Below the pieces are notes generated by a model. That model was not told the origin of the DNA and did not search any database. It saw only the letters and a list, made by a program, of their open reading frames with translations. Below are positions 26,669 through 38,520 of a stretch of DNA of 45,465 nt, piece after piece (position 1 is the stretch's first letter; every line of letters begins with the position of its first letter). The translations under genes were made by a program, and so were the position numbers. The stretch lies in contig NW_021834285.1 of the NCBI RefSeq assembly GCF_006345805.1, forward strand, positions 1-45,465, read 5' to 3'. This DNA comes from Octopus sinensis (Eukaryota).

Positions 26669-29600
26669 ATGAACACTGCGGAGTCATATGTGAATTACAT
26701 ATTAGAACTATGCAAGGAGACTGTAATTCGTGAGAGTGGCCACTCTGAGCAGGTGGGAATGTAATATTATCGACAGAGAAGAACTCTGAGCGTCATCGCA
26801 GTGCTCAATCACGAAATTAGGGAGGACGAGCTGAACGAACTAGTCATAGATATCTGCCCCCTCTTCACTTGGATTGGTTAATCTGCCCACCACACTGCAG
26901 ATGTCCGTGTGAGATTCCCGTTCTACACCTTCAGAGATATTGCCAATAGACTGAAAGGACTCTACCGGACTCTCGACAACAGAGGGACAGTATTCGAGGC
27001 CCTGACTAAGCCTGACCTGCCGTCACTGCTCAACAAATGCGCAGAGTCGAGGAAGCACATTGGGGTGATTGGGGCAATGCAGACGCATTAGGACAACTGG
27101 GCAGTCTTCCACTACTGTGGAGTTAATCTGCCTCCCTCTGACAAGATGTGGGTCGTCGACAGGGGGCGGATGGTCGAGGTGGACAACGAGCTGATGGTGG
27201 AACACCTCAAGGCCCCGTCCATTTTCATATTCGACACGTCATCTGCAGCCACCATCGTCAGTCGTTTCCAGGTTAGTCCTCCTGGCCCATTCAGAACTCA
27301 TTCCCCGATAAGGAGTTTATTCATTTCGCTGCTTGCTCACACGGCGAGTCACTTCCTCGCGCTGAGGGACTCCCCGCCGACTTGTTCACGTGCTGTCTTT
27401 TATCGCCAGTGCTGCTGTCCCTCAATTTGTACGACCTCGCTTCCCATTATTAGTCAAATGTGGAGCAGGCACGCGTCCCACGGGGAGTTCCTGCCAGTCG
27501 AGTATTGCATTCACTTCACTCACATAGACTGGCCGGCAGCCCGAAAGACCGGAAGACTCTGCACGGACAACTGCAGTGGATTCTCACGGCCATTCAAGAC
27601 TGCATTGCATTCGACCTTCTTCCTCCAGGTTGCCGTGGGGATTCAATTCAGCCCAGTTCACCAAATTGTTCAGAGGGGATATTCTCTCCTCCTGTCTATT
27701 CAGGAATTATATGCTGGCCACTCACATTCTGGGCTGTCTGGATGCCCACCCTGTCTCAGTCCCCTCACTCCCCTACACCAAAACTCACAACCTGTGGAAT
27801 CTCTGGCACTCTGTCCTCGACGAAGCAATCTCTTTCCTGAAAGAGGGAGAAAGTTCCGAAGGGATAACCATTGGGAATGATTTTTTTGATAAAGTGATCA
27901 CGTCGTTCCAGGCTTACACTCAACTTCACCGAAACAACGGACAACTGTTGCCGGCAATGCTCCAGGTTTGCACATTTCTGACATTGCGGGCCATTTTGGT
28001 TCAAACCAACCGCACTCGGGCTATCTGTGCTCTTGCAGACTACGTCGAGACAATGGGCGAGGAGCAAGTTCATAAGGTTGTTATTTTCCCTACTTGTGAG
28101 GTGGTGGCCGTGGGGTTTTCCAGTTATCTCATCCACTTATTGCCGGTGGCAGAGAATGAGCTGCAGAGAAAACTATTTTATATTTGGGGAAAACTGCTCA
28201 GAGCGGATAATGCACTCTCTCACTTATTATTTCCTTTAGAAAACGCGGCAGGCCTGCATGAATGACGATTTCTACAAGCTTTTTATTTACAATTTGCGTG
28301 GTGCCTCCTCCCCGAAAATCAGGGCATATTCGGCCTATTTCCTGGCTATTTTGGCAAGTGCCATGCCCTCCAACCAGGTTAGCCCCTTCTCGTGACTGTA
28401 GTATTTCATTAATGCCAGGGATGTAGTCGACCTGTGCCTCGACTATTTACGATCCGCCGATCGCCAATATTTGTTGGTCTACCTCTTCTTGCTCGCCAAA
28501 GTGTTTACTGTCAAACTCACTTTAGATATGCCAGAAAAACAAATACCGTCAATCAGTCGCCCTCAAATTGGATGTGATCTACCAACTTTGTCAGCTCGTG
28601 AAGGATTCCTGTTTTCTGGTATATCGTGGTGAATTACGACAAGATCAGGTCAGTGGCGATGTACTCCATTCGATCAATTCTGGTTGACTGGGACTCGCGG
28701 GCGGACATGTGTCTAAACACACTCCAATCTCTCAACAAGGCAGTCGATACTGCTCGGACTGTCTACTATAAAGAAATTTGTTTCCTCAATCAACTTGTAT
28801 GTGCTTCATTAGGAGTTGTAGGAGTCATTATTCTTGGTGGGTGGAATACTCATCGCCTATCTTCCTTGTTTCCTAGCTCCCTCAGTAGATCCAGATCGAC
28901 GGGGATTGATTTTTTACTTTTTGAAGAAATGCCTAGAATTTGGGAAGCAACTTAATTTTCCTCAAACAACCACCCCCGAAACGGAAATTATACTCGCCAT
29001 TGTCTCCCTCTATGAAAACTCGATGACCAACCCGGAGGTACGCTTAATGCTTATTAAGTCCGTCAAAACCGAATTCAATCGTGTCTCTCAAAAATTGGAC
29101 TTGTTCGATAAACTTATTGACGAGTTTGTCCGCCCCAGCTTCAACACCGCGTCCTTAATCAACCAATGTCGTTTGTGCAATAAAGATAACGAACACCAAA
29201 TCAGATCTTTCTTGTCCTTTAAATTCCAGAATTGTATTTTTGACGGTATTACTGAGGTTTCTGATGGGCAGATCATTCCTCTTTCAAGAAAACTAAATCG
29301 TTGACGCTGTCCGTGACAAAGGAGTGTCGTATATTGTTAAAATACAACAAATTCACGTCAGAACTATTCATAGTGCACGATGGGACTGAAATTAGGTATA
29401 CCTCACTTGTTCATTGGGGTAGTATGATGGACAGGAAGGGAGCACTGAACCACATAATATCCTCGGAATCAGACATTTCTTGTTTGGAAATTATAAACGA
29501 GCACGACAATGCCCACTTGCTGACAATATCTCGTCAGTGCATTGCATTAATGTAGTCAGATAACCACATTGTTTGTGTATATCGCGGCAACCCCACTTAT

Positions 29601-30576
29601 GAGCGCGTCCGGTCATGGATGGCTGCCTCGAGTTGTACTTGTTTGTTTGTAGGCGAGGAAATGAATGTTCTTTCATCCTGGAGTCAGTCGTGTGGTTTAC
29701 TGGCCATCTCTCATAAACAAAGCATTTCAATGTGGAATCTGGAGACTGAACTTTTTCACGAGGTTGTCGTTTGTCTGGCAGTGCGAGTAGAATTTGGATG
29801 TTGCTCACTGTCTCGTCACTTGCATGGCTTTTGACGAATTTGGGACTAAAACTCTCGTTGTTGGCACTTCCACGGGCAGTATGCTGTTATATGACTTGCG
29901 CACCAAATTTACCACGTTTGCTGTCATAAATTAGTTCTTGGCCCTCCAAAATCAAGAAAGTGGGGGATTCTCCTGTCTCGTTGATTGTATTTGACTCTTC
30001 CCATCTCATCCCATTGATGTGTGTACTGTATGTGTTTATACTTATGTTTTAAGACAGAACGGACAGATTTCCTCCTATGATTCTCAGCTCACACGCCTCG
30101 TCGACAAATTTAGATTTCCCGTGAGTATTTCATGTTCTGCGTATCATTCTACATTTAACCTGCTGGCCTGGTTGATCAGGATGTCATAATATTCAGTTCT
30201 AGTCAAGATTCCTCCATTCAGTTTATAAACTGTAGAAACATGAAGTTCTTAAAGACGCGTTGCATCAAATTCGCCAAGAACACTCGCATTGCTTTCGACG
30301 AGGGAAATGTTGCTTTATCTATCTACGTTAGAACAATCTGGCTGTCGCCGATCTTGATGGAAGAATTCACATATATGCCTGCTCCCCCTATTAATGCCTT
30401 TAACAGCAGTTTTACTACGAGTAGAACTTGTTTTTTTATCACTTATTCATGCACTGCACATCCCTCCCACTTGGACAAACCTGGAGGACGATTCCACTCA
30501 AATTTCGATCATAGGTCAACCGCATTGCAAACATGAGGAGTACTATGGACATTCAATAAGTGTAATCTTCTACTGA
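26669..30576 (+). CDS. RPTOR: Raptor/KOG1 (TORC1 scaffold), divergent and compact, many micro-introns
   Basis: RNC domain (VFHYCG, APSIFIFD, FAACS, LPADLFTCCL, GQLQWILTAIQDCIA, LFRNYMLA, HNLWNLW), armadillo/HEAT region (LPAMLQ, YLIHLL, YIWGKLL) and C-terminal WD40-like repeats. I spliced it in frame through ~29050; exon boundaries and the stop in the WD40 part are approximate. Confidence 0.88.
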
Positions 30577-30719
30577 CTTAAGCAATGAAAAGAATGGCTC
30601 CACAATACAAGAGATTTTCGACAAAATTGATAAAATAAATAAAGCTCATTAGCAATTTGTGGTGTAAGCGGGAGAAAAAACACTAGGAAAATCATGAAAA
30701 TTTAAAACTTAATGGAATT

Positions 30720-31815
30720 AGTGTGTCATCGCGTCCTAATTGATACAACTAGTGAAGCAGAGACGGTTTAATTATCAAAAGACTGAGAGTAAATCAGCGC
30801 AGACATCCCTAATTTCCCCCAATAAGAGAAAATTGAGAGGAACACCGCCAATTCGACTGAGTGCAGGCAGCATTAAGTGAATCCATGCTAATCCCTGCAT
30901 ATTACCTCCCGTGGAGAGAATATCGTCAAGATAACCACACTCTGGACACAGTTGACAGCGCCGATGTGGATTTATAGGATAAATATAAAAGCACACTTTG
31001 CCATATTCCTGACTATAGTGCTTAGACTCCACATCGAGTCCTCGGTTGGCCGGGACTTCTCTTTTCAGTAATATTTTTAACATCATGGTTTTCTTTGATG
31101 AATCAGAGCTGGCGACATGTCCAAAGAACGCAAATTTATATTTTACGATCTTTCCTTCAAGCGAAGTGTCCCAGCTGCAAAAACTTGCATTAACTGCAAG
31201 AACACTGGGCACTTGGCGTGCTACGGTGGATGTCCGTCTGCCAAAGCAGCAACAGCAGCCTCAAAAGTTGCGAAGAGGCCACAGACTAAAAGCCCAGTAC
31301 GCTGGGTAAAAGCCGAACCGATAAAATCAGTCTGGACAAAAGGGTCTCCCCCAAGTCCGTCCAAAGTCGATGTCTCTATTCAGACGTCGCCGGCCCCCAG
31401 CACACTCACAAGCTCGAAGACAACCACTAATGAGTGCCATAACTCAGAAGTGGTCCGCTTGCCTGTGCCTCATAAGAAGGCAAAACCTCACCGTGACAAA
31501 GCTTTGCCACAAAAAGGTCCCCACTCGGATCAGGACCTACACAACAGAGATGCACTACTGGAATTCTTCCGCCGCTGTGTAGGATCCCTGACCAAACTTG
31601 GAGTGGATATGGATATGCTGCAAGAGCTCCTGCTAGAAGGGAGCAATTGAGCAACATAGCCACTATTAACTCTGGCTCACGACAGATGAATTGGACGCAA
31701 GCTCAGAAGAGTTCAGTTGCCTTGGCATCAGTCTCGTCCTATCACCGTCCTTAATTCCTGTCACTTTCTATTTCTCTGTTAATTACAATAAACTTAATTG
31801 ATTGATTGATTGAAC
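30720..31815 (+). mobile_element. Internally deleted LINE-like element (ORF1 relic, ORF2 start, microsatellite tail)
   Basis: CINCKNTGHLACYGGCP knuckle in ORF 31117-31650, followed by IATIN (APE-like start), then AATAAA and a (GATT)n tail at ~31785-31812. Confidence 0.55.
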
Positions 31816-32639
31816 TTGCAAAAGGTGTTCACTCCAAGCTTTGTATGTGGAATTAAAGAGAAGATCTCCTGTCCACGTTGGAATAAATTATTCAGGATAC
31901 CTTCGTCAAACTGAAGAAATCGTAAGTAGGGATTTCTTGAATCTGGCTTCAGAAGGAAGTTCTGAATCTGAGTCGCCAGTTGCGTTCGACTTCCGACTCC
32001 TAAGCTCTCTGATGAGAACGGGACGAGGGCGTCGTTCGCACGCGCTTATACGTTACAAAACAAGACATTTTCAGAAAGTCAATTAATATCGCGATAACGT
32101 TCTAGAAAACGGTCGTTTCTCTGAATCGAATGGAGGTCAGAGATCAGATACGCTTTCACAAGAATCTATCTGAAATTTGTGAGTAGAGAAGAAATTTGTT
32201 TTCACTTTATCAACTAATTAATCTCTATTAATATGGGTTTTTCAATTAAATTTATTTCTATCCACATACTATTTTGATTCTTTAGTATTTTATTGTTATA
32301 GTTGTAGTTCATCGTAGTAAGATATGGATGCTTGCAATCTTGAGAATGAAACCCATTTTAACACATCTTCCAAAATGTTTATATGGAGAGAATACTTCCA
32401 TCTTCCATCATATCAACCATTTCATACGTTTCTACAGTGCTGGTAGAAAAAAACCGGTTTTGCAGTTAATAATTTTTTTGGCGTATATCTATTAATTTTC
32501 TAAATGAAATAAAGAGTTTGAAGTTGATTATATGTATAATCTTTTTTACTTTTAAAAAATTTCAATAATCGGCGGAAATTTTAAAAATTTAAATTTTTGC
32601 TTGTGAATAAAAAACCGGCTTTAACAAAAAGAGTTAACA

Positions 32640-33560
32640 AAATCAACGGTTAATATGTTGTGTGGAATCCTCGATTAATAAATAGCTCGTATGACCTTTA
32701 AGCATGCTATCAATTAACTTATGAATACTTTCAGACGGCAATTTGTTCTAAATTTTTGTTAATTTGACTTCCAGATCCAGTTTATTTTTTGCAGGATCTA
32801 AAGAATACTTCTGCTTCATCATGCTCTAAACATGTTCCATTGGGTTCATGTCTGGAGATTGCGGAGCTCAATCAAGAATTGGAACTTTATTTTCTTCAAA
32901 AAACTTGGTTGTCAATGCAGATTGATGACAGGGCGCCAAATCTTGTTGGAAAGTGAACTGATTTAGTCCCATTTTTCGCGCCGAAACGAACAAATTATTC
33001 GTTATAACATTTATATATTTAGCGGAATTGAGGGTTCCATTATCAAAAACAAATTGCCCACTCCTTGATAGGAGATACAGCCCCAAACCATAACACTGCC
33101 TCCACCAAATTTTACTGTCGGCGTAATATGGCTCAATTCATAACTTGAACTTTTTTTCGATAACTTTATTGCCTTTTTTAGTATAAAAAATCTGAAAAGA
33201 TGCTTCATCAGTGAAAATAATATTTTTCCATGCGTCATTGTTCATCCGAATAATAATTTTTGACAATTCATATCTTTGTATTATGTTTTTTTAGAAAGCA
33301 ACGGTTTACGTTGACATACTTTTCCGAAGAGAAAATTGGAATTTAAATAAGTTCCAATTGTCTTTCTACAGACACTCTTACCAGTTAAATGGTTTATTTC
33401 ATTCCTCAACGTGTTAGAAGATTTTTTTTGGATCGCACTCAACAAGATGCAATAAAATTTCAACGTCTGTTTTTTGAAGCTTTTTAGGAAGTCCTGGAAA
33501 AATCAGGTCGATTGGTTGCACACAAATGGAGATCTAAGGGGTGTTTTGTCGGGAAATAAA
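32640..33560 (-). mobile_element. Tc1 transposase pseudogene (DD34E type)
   Basis: IIFTDEASF, KFGGGSVMVWGC, FQQDLAPCH and SPDMNPMEH across frameshifted ORFs 33281-33463, 33011-33238 and 32868-33086. Confidence 0.88.
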
Positions 33561-34439
33561 GACTCATTTTTAGTTAGAAATATGTAAAGTTCAGACAGTT
33601 CAGGTTTTCAAATTTGTTAATCAACTAATTTATAATATGTTTAGGGAATTGTTAATGTATTCTAGAGATTTTATCAATAAACTGCATAATTCCAGGCCTC
33701 TTCTAGAAGGGTCCTTATGGGCAGGCCATTAGCATACATTGTAGTAGCCTATAAAGAAACTAAGATCTAGGAACGTCTGACTCCAGTTTTGCATGCAAAA
33801 ACGTTCATAAAACATCAAAATTGATATATAACAATATTTTTAATTTATTAATTTATTTTCTTATTTACATTGTAAGTCTAACATCTTAAGTTAGATCTTA
33901 CATGGTTCCTTAGTTTGAGATAGTAAAAAGGTTTAGAGGAGGTTGAACAAGTTAATATAGTAGACCATCAAGGGAGGCAGTTGTCCTGGAAAAATCAGGT
34001 CGATTGGTTGCACACAAGTGGAGATTTCGAGTTTATTTTTGGTGAAAATAAAAACGAATTTATAGATTTAAATAAGAACGCTATTATTTTAGAAGTGATT
34101 CATTATGTTTCTTGCCACTAAGGTAAATTTTGTTGACGTATTTGATCAAATTGAGTAAGATACTTGCGGTTTGATATATTACAATAGGGGACTCAAATAG
34201 ATCCGAAGTTGACCCTGAATGCCATCGCACGTGTTGCACCCACTAGAAACAATTAACAACCATCAAATTAATCGCTTTAAAACATAATAATTTATAACTA
34301 AATTAACTAAAATTTGCTTCTGAGTTCGAAAATCACCTCGGTTTTCTCCTCAGACCTTCCTAAAGAAATCAAGGACAGAATTCATAACTCTCTCTAGGAA
34401 AATCTGATGAGATTTCTGAATACAGAAATGAATTTAGAA

Positions 34440-36797
34440 CAGCGGTTCTCAACCTTTTTTAGACTGGGGACCATTTTTGCACTATAAAATTTTGTGGGGA
34501 CCACCTTAAATAAAATAAACATTTTTTGGTATTAGCGCACAATTTTTGGCCTCGTCAGGGCCAGGTTTAGACATTTATTATAAAAATAACATGAACATTA
34601 TGAAAATAACAGAAAATTTAATAGTAATTTAGTGAGATTTCTGATCTTGTTTGTTCAGAATAATTTTACTTATATCAGGCTCTATGTTCGACAAAGCTAC
34701 TCGCATATCATCTTGTACCCGTAGTCTATTTCTATATTTTGTTTTTAGAAAAGTCAGACACGACATCGCCATTTCACAGTGATAAGTAGTGGGGAATGCA
34801 AGTATTGATTCCAATGCAGTTTTACTCAAAATGGGGAATTCTTTCGCCATCTGACACCTAACAATAAAAAGTAATTATTAATGAGAATACCAAAAATCTA
34901 ATAATGAAGTACATTTGAAAATAATCTGAGCAGACTGATTACATTGAAGTTCAATCAAGCTCTGCTGAAAATTGAGTTCCTGATATTCTTTAAATGAGGT
35001 CAAGAAAGGTTGAACGATCCAGTTTGGAATTGGGTCTTCAACAGGAAAATAATCATCAAATTTTGTCTTGAGATTTTCCAGATGTTTGATTATCAGACTT
35101 AGAAGAACATTATCCGGTGGGTTGTGTCCGAGATGATATTCAAGCATTGGGAACATTGATGTTATTCCTTTTTTTATTTTCATTATCCACAATAATAACT
35201 TTTTTTTAAAAGCCATTATTATTTGATTGACCTCGACAATTGATATATAAAGACCTTTAAATAAATTAATAAAAATTTTACCCTGCATTGACAAATTAAA
35301 CTCATTTAAAATGTTAAAAAAATCGGCAAGATAGTACATTTTCGATTTAAAAGTAAAATCATCGAATTGATCGGCCCAATCATGCTGCATATTATCACGC
35401 AAAAACAAAGAGATCGCAGGGGAAAGTTCACAAATTCTCGAAAGGATTTTCCCCCTTGAAAGCCACCTAATTTCAGAATGATAAAGTAGTATAGAATGAT
35501 CACTTCCTAACTCTTCACAAAGAGTTTGGAAAATTCGATGATTAAGTGGTCGAGATCGAATATAGTTTATCACTTTTACAATAGTGTTTAGTGTTTCTCT
35601 TAACGACGAACACATAGTTTTTGAACAAAGTGCATATTTGTGCAATGCACAATGTCTTGTAACAATATCAGGAACCAAATCCTTAATACGAGTAACAAGT
35701 CCAGATTGATGACCAATCATCGCAGGTGCACCATCAGTACATATAGATCCAACTTTATCCCATTGGATTTTATTCGTCTTCATAAAATTGTCAAAAATAT
35801 TAAAGATGTCCTCTCCACGAGTGTGTCCATCCATCTCCAAACAAAATAAAAACTCATCAATAATATTCTCATCATCAACAAAGCGAACATAGGACACAAG
35901 CTGACAGACGTTAGAAATGTCAGTTGACTCGTCCAATTGAATACTTATTCTGCATTTACTTTTATTGATTCTTTCAATTAATTGCTTCAGGATATCGGAT
36001 GACAATTCTGAAATTCTACGGGAAATTGAATCGTTGGATAATGGTATGTCCTTAAGTTTGGTAACTGCATCCGGACCAAACAAAATTCGAGCCATTTCAA
36101 AAGCCGCTGGTTTGATTAACTTTTCACCAGAATTATGTGCAGCTTTGTTTTTTGCGATAATCATTGAGACATATTTGTTTTAGATATAAATTAAAATTAC
36201 AGCATATGATGCTTCTAATCTCGGTTTATCTTGAGATTTATTAAACCACTCAAGCTTTGGCTGTAAATCAAACTTCGTTCTTTTGACTTTAAAATATTCA
36301 TGTGAGGAAGAATTTTCTGGGTGTACAGACTCTTTGTGGCGCCTAAGTTGAGAAGGTTTCAGTGAATTGTTTCCCAAAATTTTATGGCAAATCATGCATT
36401 TTGCCTTTATTTCATTATTTGGGGCGATGAATTTAGTGAATCCAAATTGCACGTAAGAATCCGACCAAAGACGACGATTCTTGTTAACCATAACTAGAAT
36501 GATAAACCACGCTAATCAAATCAGATTAATTTCAATGTTTTTGATTTATACTTAATTGTACAATTAGTTTTAAATTTAATATATTGTTATTTTTCGAAAA
36601 TTCCTGGGGACCACTAAAAATTTTCTGGGGACCACGATTGAGAACCGCTTGATTAATTTCAATGTTTTTGATTTATACTTAATTGTACAATTAGTTTTAA
36701 CTTTAATATATTTTTATTTTTCGAAAATTCCTGGGGACCACTAAAAATTTTCTGGGGACCACTAGTGGTCCCCGGGGACCACGGTTGAGAACCGCTG
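34440..36797 (-). mobile_element. hAT superfamily, Buster/Charlie-type DNA transposon, full length
   Basis: 15-bp TIR CAGCGGTTCTCAACC at both ends; perfect 8-bp TSD ATTTAGAA (nnnTAnnn, the Buster signature); TGGGGACCA subterminal motifs. Confidence 0.96.
34629..36491 (-). CDS. Buster-type transposase, 590 aa after removing three micro-introns
   Basis: BED finger CMIC..LRRH..H, QLDESTD, CTDGAPAM, HCALH, RWLSRG, YHCEMAMS and KYRNRL. Introns at 36171-36200 (GT-AT), 35255-35281 and 34858-34890 (GT-AG). Confidence 0.9.
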
Positions 36798-37149
36798 ATT
36801 TAGAACGTCAAGATTAACATTTATATATATTTTTTAACTGCTAATTATGTATTTGTAATTTGTTTAGAATTAATATGTTTTATTACACATTTATTACATT
36901 TAAATTCAAAATATTTTTTGGAGAAGCAATTTGTAAATAAATAAAAATAAAGAATCTCAAATTTGTTTTTGTTGTCATATTCACGTGTCATGCCTCTTCA
37001 CCCTTTTACTCCTCTTCCTAATGATGATGCCTCAATTCGTGGCCATTACACTCCTTATGCGAATTCCTATCCAGTATATTACTTTTATACTCCAATAATC
37101 TTTTCAAATCACGCAGTGTCCCACAATTCGACCGTCGATCGAAGACACA

Positions 37150-38150
37150 TGAAAAATTCACTTACAAAAGAAATGACAAAAGACCCGCGAAATCAAATCA
37201 AGAAGATCATTTTTAGTCAACTTGTGAACTACGAGGATGAAAATTCGAGGCTCGATATTTTGCCAAAAAATTTCCCGAATTTGTTATTAATCCGGAAGGG
37301 AAATTATTTTGTTCTTATTGTTCTACAATCGTAAGATGCGATAAGAAATTTTCTGTTGACGCCCATCGTTTATCAAAAAAACACGTTCAAACACAATTAG
37401 ATTCTATTCATTCATCCCAAAATGTACAGACATTTATTTCTAGTAAACATAATTGGGCTTTGACGGTCACAAGAACATTTCTAGAAGCCAATATACCTTT
37501 ATATAAACTGAGGCATCTTTCCATAATACGCTTGTTTCAAAATGATACCTTTACTCTCCCTTCAGAATCTACATGCAGGTCGTGTGTCAAAGAAATCTTT
37601 ACAGATAAAATTAATCAAATTATGAATTCCTTAAGGTTTTGTTTTAAAGTAAATTGTAGTGGCGTATATGTTTCCATGGTCATTGATGAGGCTCAAATTA
37701 ATGGGTCACGTTTTCTGGTATCCTTGATGGGGAATATAGAATTTCCGAAAAAACTATATTTAATATCCTGCAAAAAGTTTTGGAGATGTGGATGAATTAA
37801 TTTCAAGAATCAAAGCGGCAATAGTAAAAAATAGGGGACAGAAAGAAATGTTTTCAAAAATTGGGCAACCACCTGATGTGGTTGTCACAAGATGGGGTAG
37901 CTGGCTATCAGCAGCTAAATATTATTCCGAAAATCTTCCTGAAGTCATTAAAATTGTATCAAATTTTAGTGGAGACGTAATATTAGTTAATAAGGTGAAT
38001 ATTTATATAATAATGATAGGCCAAAAAGTCAATTCTTTCCAGTAGTTTATTCGAAGATCTAACCACGATTGGAAGAAACTATTTAAAGATTAATGACTTA
38101 ATTTATCTTCGCAATCACGGAGATAGTTTCCACTCACCTCAAATGGATTT
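37150..38150 (+). mobile_element. Internally deleted hAT-like transposase relic (CGGBP1/DUF659-like)
   Basis: KLFCSYCSTIVRCDKKFSVDAH zinc finger, ANIPLYKL..LPSESTCR, MVIDE and TRWGSWL; micro-introns at 37636-37659 and 37995-38019. Confidence 0.65.
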
Positions 38151-38179
38151 TGAAAAGTGAAGATGAGGAATTTGAAAAG

Positions 38180-38520
38180 TCATTGGCAGATAGCCAGAGT
38201 ATTTCCTCTGACTATGGCTATAGATATTCGTTCGATTAAATACCGGTGCTCACACGGGTCGCCGGTAACCCTTTCGATTAATGAGGCAATCCGCTGGAGT
38301 AGGGTCCGAGTAGAAAGCCCCTGTATTCCTGATGTCTCAACAGCCAGGGGGACAAACATCCAAAAGTCCATTCATGTTTGGAATCTGTATGTGGTGAGAT
38401 GTCATGACGGCGTCACTTGTCATAAAATTCATTCAGACCCAATCGGAGCTTCCTGCACAGGCAGCCGCTGGGAATCGAACCCTTGACCAATGAGATTACT
38501 AGCAAATTCTAGACCACTTT
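38180..38520 (-). mobile_element. Candidate SINE: tRNA-Thr(AGT)-like head plus CRE-derived 3' tail
   Basis: Head AGTGGTCTAG..CT-AGT-AA..GGGTTCGATTCCCAGCGGCTGCC (38459-38520), ~60-nt linker, then FVPLAVETSG..TGDPCEHRYLIERISIAIVRGN* (38180-38400), all on the same strand. Confidence 0.5.

Noticed and set aside
31841-32200. 81-aa ORF and GC-richer segment
   Set aside because: No recognisable motif or consistent splice pattern; likely a TE relic.
38459-38520. Functional tRNA-Thr(AGT) gene
   Set aside because: The 5' acceptor strand is missing and the anticodon stem does not pair; treated as a tRNA-derived head.
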